The notes beneath the pieces were generated by a model. That model was not told where the DNA came from. It made no database searches and saw only the letters and a program-made list of their open reading frames with translations. DNA of 64,000 bases from Leucoraja ocellata. Taxonomy: Eukaryota. A program made the position numbers and the translations under genes. The DNA is taken from the NCBI GenBank assembly GCA_036785375.1, contig JAWMAR010000415.1, positions 186,001-250,000 of the forward strand, written 5' to 3'. Below are positions 13,511 to 25,254 of this stretch, in pieces (positions within the stretch are counted from its first letter, which is position 1; the number at the start of each line of letters is the position of its first letter).

Positions 13511-15149
13511 TGGTTGCAGCAACAATTTCCATTTATATAGCAACAAAAAACATAAAGTGCTGGAGTTACTCAGCGGACGATACAGCAACTGACAGATGAA
13601 GTTTTGGGACTAAACCTTGCCTCAGAATTTAGCATCTCCAGTCTTTCATGTCTCAATCAGGTGTAGGGAGTTAGGCCACAGATCAATTAGGATTTTGTTA
13701 AATTGCAGAAGAGAATAAGTGGTCTTCCATATTCCTTTGTGCAGTTGAAACCAATTACAGCAAGTTGCTGGGGAAGGCTGATTACAGTTTTCTGGTAAAC
13801 GTGTCATAGTTAAGTTGGAGGTGTTGAAATGACTAGTCCTTGAGCTTCCTTGGTTTGCATTTAGCATATTGGATGAGGGGCTGTGTTCTATTCTCATTGT
13901 TGCAGCTATTTTTGAGATACAAATGTGACTGTCTAAATTATTTTGGACAAAGACATAGTTTTGCACTATATAGATACATGAGATACACTAGAATCTCATG
14001 TATCTATATACAATTGCATTATAGAATTAAAGTTTGAATTCAGCATTATCAATGCATATCCAAGCTCGATATTTGTATATTCCCTCTGTATTTTGAGTGT
14101 ATCTGTATAGTACATTCAATGTTAAGCTTTATGTTAGATGCTGCGTTTCACCTTGAGGGCCAATTTCATCAAACAATAATCTGTGGTTATTGTTACCCTC
14201 ATTCCCACAAGCATAAAATTGCTCTTTATGAGATAAAATGCATAAGGGATGGTTGTCAACATCTAAAATATTTTCATACATTCTTTTTAAAAAATTCCAT
14301 GATAATGTAAATTTTGTGGATATTTAGTCTTCACGTGAGTGAAGCAAGGAGGCATCAGCTGCGTGGAACAAAAGAACCATCTGTTTATGCTAGGCAGATG
14401 CAGTTGAAATGCATGCGTGGGTTCACTTCTTAAAATACATTACTTGACATACGAAATGCTTACTAACCTAATCTTCCTCATTTCACACTACTGTCACTTT
14501 AAAACTGACGAATGAAGTGTGTTTTTCTGATGGGAACACAACTATATTTAGTTTTGAGGCAGAGAATACCTAGCAAAAATGCTCAAGCTCTCTTGATATT
14601 TGAACTAAATAAGAAAAGATAATATGCTTCCACGTTGGAATGCAAGTTTAATATGAAGTTTACAATGTTTTAATATATACCAGTAAAGGTAAACGTGTCA
14701 TAGTTAAGTTGGAATATATGTTATTTATGAGTGCCATAGTAAGACATTAGTTTTTATAGAGTGCTGGAACAAAGAATATTACAACACTGGTCAGTTGAAA
14801 AGACATAAAGATTAATGTTACGGAGATATTAAAGGTGACTAAGAGAGTCAATTTTAGCACTTTATTCAAAATGAGGAAATCTGCAGTCGAGATAAACTCA
14901 AAGACCTAGAACTGAGCCCCACTTTAGCATTTGAATGATGGGTTGCATATTCATGCAGGAAGTTTCACTACTGCTACTCAGGAGAGTTTAAGCTGGAGAG
15001 ACAGGGGGGTTGGACCAGCCTAGTAGGTCAGCGTAGTTGGTCAGGATGATAAAAAGGTGGAGGTTAGGACCAGTAAATCTCAAAGGAAGGACAGACAGGG
15101 AGAGTTGAAGGAATATGTTGAAGCTGATGGGCTGAAGTGTGTTTTTTTC

Positions 15150-16030
15150 AATGTTAGGTCTCGGTAGACTGGAGAATAGCTAATGTTGGTCCTATATTTA
15201 AGAAAGGAAGTAGAGAAAATCCAGAGAATTATAGGCTGGTGAGTTTCACGTCAGTGGTTGGGAAGCTATTGGAGAGGATTCTTGCGGATAGGATTTACTC
15301 CCATTTGGTAAAGAATGTGTTAATTGGGAAGTCGGCATGACTTTGTACACTGCAGGCTGTGTTTTACAAACTTGATGGAGTTTTTTGATAAGATGACAAA
15401 TGATATATGATATGATATGCCATTTATTGTCACTATACATGTACAATGAAATTAAAAGCTGCTCGTACTCAGTGCATACATATAATTTAGTACAAAAAAA
15501 CAAGAAACAGAAAACAAAAACAGAAGGGAGAAGGGGGGGGGGGGGGGGGGATAGGTGCACAATTCTGCGGCACTATATACATATATACAGATGGAAGTCC
15601 AGGTGGTTGATGAGGGTACGGTGGTGGATGTTGTCTACATGATTTTTAGAAAGGCATTTGATAAAGTTCCCCATAGCAGGATGATCCAGAAGATTACAAT
15701 GTACGAAATTAAGAGTGACTTGGTCATATAGATTCAGAACTTACTGATACAAGAGAGGGTTGTGGTGGAAGGACAATATTCAGGTTGCAAGTCTGTGAGC
15801 AGTGGAGTGTGTGCTGGACTGTACTGGGTTCTCTGCTGTGTGATAAACATAAATGACTTGAATGTTACAGTAGATGACTCGTTGGTAAGTTTGCAAATGA
15901 TACCAAGATTGCTGAGCTCACGAACTGTGTGGAAGGCAGTCAAAGTATAGAGCAGGATATTGATCAGGTACAGAAATGGCAGATGGAGTTTAGTCCAAGC
16001 AAATGTAAGTAGTTTCATTTTAGGAGGTCC
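15150..16030 (+). mobile_element. Degenerate CR1 LINE RT fragments
   Basis: DWRIANVGPIFKKG, NYRLVS and KAFDKVPH-like motifs with stops and frameshifts. Confidence 0.75.
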
Positions 16031-17134
16031 ATAGAGGATATGGGGAAAAAGCAGGATATGATTTTGGATGATCAGCCATGATCATATTAAAAGGCGGTGC
16101 TGGCCAAACGGCCTACTCCTGTACCTTTTTTCTATGTTTACATGTTTCAATGAACACAATACTCCAAACACAGCCTCACCAACATTATGTACAACTGCAA
16201 CATAATATGTTAATTTCTATTATTGTGGCCGATGAAAGCTAATGTGCCAAAAGTCTTCTTTACCAGCCTCGCTTTCTGTGATGCCACTTTCAGAGAACTA
16301 TCTACCTGTACTTCTAGATCCCTCTGCTCCAAAACACATCTCGGGGTCCTACGATTCATTGTGAAGGTCCTGCCCAGGTTCGACTTCATAAATGTAATAC
16401 CTTGTACTTATCTCCATTAAACACCTTTAACCATTCAATATTAATTTTTATTTGATAACTTTTCTGTCATGCACCTTGTACCAATTTTATTCATTAAGAT
16501 GTGATCAGTACATCTGCAATGGTAACGTTTATAGGTGTGCCTTCCCCATTTCCCTTGACATCTACTTTCCAAAGCAAGCATAGAACATAGAAAAGTACAG
16601 CACTGCTACAAGCCCTTCAGCCCTCAATGTCTGTCGAATCCAACACTTATCTGCCTGAACATAATTCATATCCCTCTTTATTCCCTGCATATCCATGTAC
16701 CTATTCAAAAGTCTCTTAAATGGCATTATCATACCTGCCACCACCACTCATGGCTGTGTGTTCCAAGGACCCATCATCCTCTGCGTAAAAAAACTTTCCC
16801 TGCACATGTCCTTTAAACTTTATCCCACTCACTTTAAGGCAATGTCCTCTAGTATTTCCAAGTCTGTCCAACCTTTCCCTATATCTAACATCCCCTAATC
16901 TAGGCAGCATTCTGGTAAACCTCCATTGCACTTTCCAAAGCTTCCACATCCTTCCTGTAATGGGGCAACCAAACCTGCATGCAATACTCTAGATGCAGCC
17001 TAACCAAGAGTCATATGTCCCAGATAGAAATTCTTACTTGCTGCAGCACAACAGAACATGTAATATAGTACACTGTAAACAATATGATAAATGAGAGGGA
17101 GAAAAAAATTCAGTGTGTATGTATACACACATAC

Positions 17135-17917
17135 GTGTGTGTGTGTCCGTCCGTCCGTCCGTGTGTCCGTGTCCGTGTCCAAAAGGCTCCTATTTCCAAA
17201 AAGCAGCCCGACTGACGTGACAATGCACTCGCAAGCCTAGACGGGACAAGCACGGAGATGAAGTCCTGCACTCGAGCCCAAGCGGCGGCAGAGCTGACAG
17301 ATGGAGTCTACAGCCAAGGCCAGCCCGAGTACATGAACCAGGCCGAGTTCCAGGCCCTGGCGCTGCTCTACGACCTGGGTGGGTCCCGGGGCAAGGAATG
17401 GGAGTGAGGGGAGGAGGATGGGGAAAATGAGGAGGAGATGGGGTGGGGAGTGGGGTGATAGCAGGGAAGGGGGGTTGTGGAAGAGGGAGATGGGGAGGGT
17501 GGAGAAGGGAGATGCCCCCTCCCTATCTACCCTCAATCCCACCCTCTCTACCCCCCTCCCTCTCTACCCTCCCCCCACTCTACCCCTCTCCCTTTCTCTC
17601 TCTACCCCTCTCCCTTTCTCTCTCTACCCCCTCCCTTTCTCTCTCTACCCCTCTCCCTTTCTCTCTCTGCCCCTCTCCCTCTCTACCCCCTCCTCCTCCC
17701 TCTCTACCATCCCTCCCTCTCTACCCCCTCTCCCTCTCTAGGGATTGAAGAGGGAGGGTGAAGAGGATGAGGAGGGAGTGCTGGGGGATGAGGAGAAATG
17801 AGCCGCACCTGCGCAGTTGGGGGCTATGCGTGAGTGGTGCAATATTGCGTTGGGGAGCGGGTGAGTCGTGGAATCTTGTAATGGGGAGCAGACGCAACAG
17901 GTCTACACTTGGTATAG
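17135..17917 (+). mobile_element. Non-autonomous Helitron copy (5' end unclear)
   Basis: 3' end GACGCAACAGGTCTACACTTGGTATAG|T matches the hairpin+CTAG end of the 40226-41427 element. The two copies share internal sequence and a (CTCTCTACCCC)n tract. Confidence 0.65.
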
Positions 17918-18719
17918 TAACTCCCTGAAAGTGGCATCGCAAGGATAGGGTGGCAAAGAAGGCATAGATAGGATAGGGTAGACAGTCAGAACTTTTTTTA
18001 GAGGATGGAGAAATCAAAGGCTAGAGAGCTGGCTTTAAGATGAGTGGGCCAAAGTATAAAGGAGATTTGCAGGGCAAGGCTTTTTTTACACAAGGGGTGG
18101 TGAGTCCCTGTGATGTGCTGCCGGGGGTATTGGTTAAGGTAGATATAATAGTGGCATTTAAGACATGTTTAGATAGGCACATGGATATGCAGGGAATGGA
18201 TGGATATGGATTATGTGCAGGCAGATATGATTCGGCCTTACATCGTCGACGGCACAGATGTTGTGGGCCGAAGGGCCTGTTCTTGTGTTGTACGGTTCTT
18301 TGAAACAAGACCTAAAAAACCTAAACAATGTTTGTCTTGCAAGTGCACAGTGGGCCAGGACATGCCTAATAACATTCACAGTGTGTAGTTGACACCTGGA
18401 CTTTGCTTCCATTAGTTTGCTTCAAACATGCTTATGTGTCCAGCCCCTACTACAATCAGTCTGAAGAAGATTCCAATCCATAACGCCACCTATCCATGTC
18501 CTCTAAAGATGCTGGCAGACCTACATAGTTACTCCAGTACTTTGTGTTATGCTTATACACTTTACATACAATGTAGGTAACATAAACATAACTTCACAAT
18601 GTAGACGTGGCCTTCGTCATTATTGGAGCCCAGTGTTAGTAACCTGCTTCAGATTGAGCCCTGAGGTTCTCATGTGACCTCTAACCCAAGGTTCTTTAAT
18701 GCAGTTCCATCCTATTCAT

Positions 18720-20935
18720 CAATCAAGTCAAGTGAGTTTATTGTCATGTGTCCCTGATAGGACAATGAAATTCTCGCTTTGCTTCAGCACAACAGAACAT
18801 AGTAGGCGTTGACTACAAAAGTAGATCAGTGTGTCCATATACCATTATACAAATATGTACACACAGGAATAAATAACCTGATAAAGTGCAAATAACAGAT
18901 AATGGGCTATTGATGTTCAGAGTTTTGCCGAGCCAAGTTTAATAGCCTGATGGCTGTGGGGAAGTAGTTATTCGTGAACCTGGTCGTTGCAGTCTTCAGG
19001 CTCTTGTACCTTCTACCTGAAGGTAGCAGGGAGATGAGTGTGTGGCCAGGATGGTGTGGGTCCTTGATGATAGACAGCCTTTTTGAGGCAGCGACTGCGA
19101 TAGTTCCCCTCGATGGAAGGGAGGTCAGAGCCGATGATGGACTGGGCAGTGTTTACTACTCCATGTTTAATCCTGCTACAGTGTTTACTACTAATCCATG
19201 CTTAATCCTGCCTTCAACCAGTCACTAGACCGAGACACCAATCGCGTCCTTCCTCAATGATCTGAATGACCGTTGAAGTTCTGATTTCCCCTTGTAACTG
19301 ATAAGCCAAATCCCGCATCCTTCACAGGCACCAGTGCACATGAACGAAAGGCCTTTTCAACACACATAGGGTGCCAGGGCAAGATATCAAGAAAATCATA
19401 GAAATGAGCTAAAATTGATTTAAACAATGAAATGACTATTAACCTTATTTTATTAAATACTACTATTATTAACATTATAAATAGTTATTAACATTATTTT
19501 ATTAAATACTACTATTAATTAATTAAAAAATATATATACTGATAAAAAATGAACAAAAACCTAAAATTACTTCTTGGTGACCCAATTCAAATGAACACGG
19601 CCACACTAGATATGCCAGTTTTGCATAGCGTATTGCTAAGGGACTGAATATGAAGTGTGTCCAATCCCTTAATCCAATATTAATTGTGAAGTCGGGTGCA
19701 TACACATTTAATTTCCAGTGATTCTGCACTTTCTCGCCTTGACACTGTGACGAGGTATTCCAGACACGCTGACGTATTTACAGCAGCTGGCCAGCTGCTC
19801 TCCATGAAATCATCAACATGCCAACAGTGATATACATTGGATCCCAAAGGGATACTAGGCTGGATGACATCAATACTTACCCTTTCTTTTGTTACTGAGT
19901 GTAAGTGATTAACAACTAGATGCACGAAAGACCAAGACAGCAAAACCATTCTGTGCTCAGAAAGCTAAAGGCAAAGCAATTATTCAGTTTAGTTTATTGT
20001 CACGTGTACCGAGGTACAATCGAGCCATTCATTGTGTACAGATACATGATAAGGGAATAATGTTTAGTGCAAGATAAAGCCAGTAAAGTCCAATCTGAGA
20101 TAGTCCGAGGGTCATCAATGAGTTAGATAGTTGTTCAGCACTGCTCTCTAGTTGTGGTAGGATGGTTCAGTTGCCTGATAAGAGCTGGGAAGAAACTTCC
20201 TGAATCTGGTGGTGTGTGTTTTCATACTTCAATACCGTCCAGAACCCGTCAGTGATGACCTTCATCTGCACCCACTGCCCTCGAGTGTGCGGTCCATGAA
20301 CTGGACTCGTGAGCCATGTCAGAACTCACCAGAATTGAGACTGCACAATCCGCCATCATCGTTACCGACAGGCCATCACCGTACGTTTTGCATGATGGGA
20401 GAGGAGAAGAGGGAATGGCCAAGGTGCGACTCATCCTTGATTATGCTGCTGGCGTTGATGAGGCAGTGTGAGGTATAAATGGAGTCAATAGAAGGGAGGT
20501 TGATTTATGTGATGGTCTGGGCTGTGTCCATAATTCGTTGCAATTTCTTGCAGTCATGGATAGAGCTGTTCCCAAGCCAAACTGATGCATCCTATTAAAA
20601 TGCTTTCCACGGAGCATCTACAGAAGTTGGTGAGAGTTCTTGGGGACATGCCGAACTTCCGAAGCCTTCTAAAGAAGTAGAGACATTAGTGTGCCTTCTT
20701 GGTCGTCGCTTCAATATGGGTCGTCCAGCAGAAGTTGTTGGTGATATTTACTCCTGGGAGTTTTCAGCCATTTCTACTTTGGCACCGTCAATGCTAACTG
20801 GGATATGTGTGCCACTCTGCTTCTTGAAGTCGATCATTATCTCCTTTGTCTTGCTGACATTGAAAGAAAAGTTGTTGTCTCGACAACAGAACGCAAGATT
20901 CTCAATCTCCTTTTTGTACTCCATCTCATCATTAC
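18720..20935 (-). mobile_element. Rex1/Babar-type LINE fragments (at least two), with an RTE 3' fragment nested at about 20240-20380
   Basis: Minus-strand NDEMEYKKEIENL..DNN..NVSKTKEIMIDF; a CTHCPRVC..GLVSH zinc-knuckle-like piece on the + strand. Confidence 0.65.
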
Positions 20936-23347
20936 GAAATCCGGCCCACAAGAATATTACGAATAGAGTCAGGAGAATTATTAAGAATGCTCCATTCCAT
21001 AGAGAGCAACGTGACTTTGTACTTTACAATTCGCCTTTATGTTGTATTTTATTGTCTTATTAAAGTTCTGAACTGACCATTTGTTAAATGGCATGGTGTT
21101 GTCAATTTGGCGTTTCAGTGAGACCTTCTGAATGTTGGGTTCAATAGTTTAATCTATTATCTATAAGACTGGTTAAATTTAGGAGAATAAGATTATAAGT
21201 AGGAATGCAAGTAGGTCATTTGATCCTTTGGACTTGCATCACCAGTTTCACCATGGCTGAAACTTCTAATTGTACTGTACCTTTCACTGCCATTATCTCC
21301 GTATCCCTTCTTAAAATCCAGAATCTCTCAGTCACTGTTTGAATGAACTCATCTCACAGAATGAGCCCCTGTCGGTTTAGAGAATTCATGAATAGTATTA
21401 TATTAAAGAAAAAGAGGTTTTGAAAATAAAAGGGACAATGAAGATAGAAATGGAATGAAATAGGGACACATTAGATACAGAAGTAGGGGAAAAGAGAACT
21501 AGTAGACGGAGATTTGTTTAGTTTAGAGATATAACGTGGAAACAGGCCCTTCTGTCCAGAGAGTCCACACCTACCATATGAGGAGGTGAAAATATGTTAT
21601 GCTTGTCTTTATTGTTAGGGGCATTTAACATAAGAGTAATGATGCAACTCTTTATAGGACTTTGGTTAGGCTGCATTTGGATATTTACATGCAATTCTGG
21701 TCATCCCATCACAGGAGAGATGTGGAGGGGTGCAGAGAAGGTTAACCAGAATGCTGCCTGGATTAGAGGGTTTCAGCTACAGGGAGAGGTTGAACAGACA
21801 GATTGTTTTCAATGGAACGTTGACGATTGAGCGGAGACTTGATAAAAGTATTCAAAATGACGAGAGGTAGACAGATAAGATAGACAGTCAGGACCTTTTC
21901 CCTAGGGTGGACATGTTCAACAAGGAAATTATTTAAAACCATCTTGAAACATTGTGTTCTCTCTCATCGTTCTTTTTCTTTGTACAACTTTGATCAGCGG
22001 CACACCAGAATGATAATTCATGTCTTTAAAATGTCCTTATGACACGTATTGGCAATCCTTGATTGTTGAAACTCATATCAATTTTCATTGCAATTTCTTG
22101 ATTTCAGAGTCCCACGGCATATTTCCCAAGGCTCCACAAAGATGGCACTGATCATCAGCAATATGTGACAAATTGAAAATCGTTGCACATCTCCCCCAAC
22201 CCACCCACCCACACAAATTGTTCTGCATTTTAAAGCATGAACACCTGGTGGTTCCCTGGACTGGGCCAAAGGTCAGCCTTCAGAAGTGATATTTTAATTA
22301 TTTTAGAGTGCATGGGGGACGCTCATTATGTTCACAGCACTAGACATTTAGAAAAGGAATAGTCACCATTGAAAGAAACGCAGGCGATGAGTATGCAGGT
22401 ATGTTGTCGGAAACTCTATTCAGAGTCTGCAGGTGTTGCAAGTTGGGTGTTTAAGCTTGCCACGTAGGCAAAGGAGATGGTGGTTGGAAACAAACATGAT
22501 AAAGTTTAGCCAAGATTGATAAAGCATGGAGGCAGGCTCTTCATGTTAATGTCCAGGCTGACCAAAACGTAGATCTGAGCTAGTCCCATATGCCTACATT
22601 TGGCCATATCCATCTAAACCTTTACTATTCATGTACCAGTCTAAATCTGTTTTAAGCATTATGTCTGAACCCACCTCTACAGCTACCCCAGGTAGCTCAT
22701 TCCATATATTTCCCACCCTCAGAAAAAAATGCACTAAACTCCCTTTTAAATAATTTCCCTCTCACCTTAAACATGTCCTCTTGTTATAAATTCCCCAACG
22801 CTGGGAAAAGGATCATGACCATTCACTTTATCTATGTCTGTTATGATTTTAAATACCTCTACTAGACCACTCCTCAGACCCCTATGGGGTTCTAGTGAAA
22901 AATGTCCCTGCCATCCAGCCCTCCTGATATTTCAAGTCCTTCAATCCCTTTAGCATCCTTCTGATTATTTTCTGTATCCTTTGCGGCTGACTTAATGACA
23001 ACCTTCTGTAGCTGGACAATCAGAACTGCACACAATACTCCAAGTGCTGTCTCACCAATGACGTGCAGTCTTCCCAGAGTTGTATTCATCTTGTATGTGA
23101 TGATGGGCAAACAATTTGATAATGTAAAGGTGACAAAGGGATAAAGGGCATTGGTGAAGTAGAGATGGTGCAATCGATGTGCATGTGAGGTCATAGTACT
23201 TGTTGCACAACGTTGCAGAAATAGACAACGGCTAAGCTTGGATCCTTAGAGGATCTGGAGGAGACTGAGGAATTAAGGAACTGCAACTGGGCAGATAAAA
23301 AGACAGAAACACCCAATGGGTTATTCGGTATCTGTGAAAGAGGAGTA

Positions 23348-25254
23348 CAGGTGCACAACCTTTTATCCGACGATCCAAATAACGAAAACCTCCGAATAGC
23401 GACATTTTTTCGGTCCTTGAAGAAAGGTCCTTGAAAACGTTCACCGAGGGCGGCCCGCAGAGGTGACAGCGGATCCTCCGGTCGGTCCTCGAAGAAAGGG
23501 GAACTAAATCCCCATTCATTCACCCCACCTACACCCCTCTGCTTCCCAGCCATGTGCGTCCCTTCCCTCCCCTCTCCAGCTCCCCGCTCATTGCACCGGC
23601 GCGGGGGCTTTGTACTGTCTTCACGTCGCGATGCTAGCAGCACAGTGCCAGTCACCGGAGACGTCAGGACCAACGGAACACCGACCCCCAGGCCCACTGC
23701 AAGTACGGAGATCCCAGATCAGCAACTCCAGCCCAGCCCCGTTCCAACTCCAGAAGAACACGCTCGCCGTATGGGCAGAAGCTGATGGTGTGCAAGAATA
23801 ACGTCTTGTTCTTGGGGTGGCGCAGCTCGGGCTGTGGGCGAACTACCACTTGTCGCCATAGCGGCCCATCGGGGAGCGGATTCCTCTGGAGTTGGAGGGG
23901 GAGGAGGGTATTGTGCTGTTTAATCGCCCCCTACTATTCCAGGGACAGGGAGACAGGACGTTCACCGAGGGCGGCCCGCAGAGGTGACAGCGGAACCTCT
24001 GGTCGGTCCTCGATGAAAGGGGAACTAAATCCCCATCCATAAAAGAGAAGGTGAGGGTATATTGCGCGGGAGGGTTAATAATTGACAATATGCTGCTATC
24101 TGCCCGCTGAGTTAAAACGTTCCCACGGTAGACTCACGATACACAGTGTAGGCAGCAGCAGATTGTCGCTCCCTTCAGTTTCACCCCACCTACACCCCTC
24201 TGCTTCCCGGCCATGTGTGTGACCCCCTTCCCTCCCCTCTCCAGCTCCCCGCTCATTGCACCGGCGCGGGGGCTTTGTACTGTCTTCACGTCGGCAAAGG
24301 CAGCCAGCAGGCCAGTGCAGTCACCGGAGACGTCAGGTCCAATTGGACGTCGACCACCCGGCGCACCGCAAGCACGGAGATCCCAGAGACCCACAGCCAA
24401 CAGCAGCCCAGCCCCGCTCCAACTACAGAGGAACCTGGGTTGCGGATGACAGGGCGCAGCTCGGGGCGTCGTAGGGGCCCATCGGGGAGCGGGTTCCTGT
24501 TGGTCCTGACGTCTCCGGCCACCTGCTATCCTCCGGGAACTGTACCGCCCTTGCAGGAGAGTGGGGTTGTTTGCAGTTGCAGAGGGAGGGGGCAAGGGCG
24601 GTACAGTTCCCAGTCTCAGCTCCAGTCCAGGGGGGTGGCCGGAGACGTCAGGACCAACGGGACAGCGACCCCCAGGCCCACTGCAAGCACGGAGATCCCA
24701 GAGACCCACAGCCAGCAGCAACTCCAGCCCAGCCCCGCTCCAACTCCAGAGGAACACGTAGGGGCAGAACCTGATTGTGTGCAAGGTACGAATTGTTCTT
24801 GGGGTGGCGCAGCTCGGGCTGTGGGCAAACTGCCACTTGTCGCCGTAGCGGCCCATCGGGGAGCGGATTCCTCTGGAGTTGGAGGGGGAGGGGGGTATTG
24901 TGCTGTTTGATCGCCCCCTGCTATCCCATGGACAGGGAGACACAGCGGCTTTTTAGACTGGAGGGCAATCACTTCCAAAGTTCTGCCCACACAGTCAGTA
25001 CACCTCTCCTACACTGCATTTCATACAAACATTTATTCTGCAAGAAAAAACGACATTGAAGACTCAAACTCGCGACCGAGTAACTGCCTGGATCAAGGCG
25101 CAAACTCGCGACCTTGCGGATATGAGCCGAACACTCTACCACTGAGCCAGCCATTAAAATCTACGCTAAAAAATTTCCATTCCGAAGACCGACAAATTCT
25201 GAATTACGAAAAGTGTCTGGTCCCAAGGCTTTCGGATAAAAGGTTGTGCACCTG
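23348..25254. mobile_element. Non-autonomous Tc1/mariner-superfamily (pogo/Tigger-like) DNA transposon, 1.9 kb
   Basis: Perfect 23-bp TIR CAGGTGCACAACCTTTTATCCGA / TCGGATAAAAGGTTGTGCACCTG flanked by TA on both sides. Internal duplications, no transposase. Confidence 0.9.
25085..25152 (-). pseudogene. tRNA-Met(CAT)-like degenerate sequence inside the DNA transposon
   Basis: Minus strand TGGCTCAGTGGTAGAGTG (A box/D arm), TTCGG-CTCATAT-CCGCA (anticodon arm), AGGTC, GCGAG-TTTGCGC-CTTGA (T arm). The acceptor stem does not pair. Confidence 0.6.

Noticed and set aside
17379-17761. Pro/Leu/Ser-rich ORFs
   Set aside because: They are translations of a low-complexity (CTCTCTACCCC)n tract within the Helitron.
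24134-24943. 269-aa and 231-aa ORFs as a transposase or new gene
   Set aside because: GC-rich duplicated sequence inside a non-autonomous element, with no DDE or HTH motifs.
25085-25152. Functional tRNA-Met gene
   Set aside because: The acceptor stem is unpaired and the T loop lacks TTCRA.
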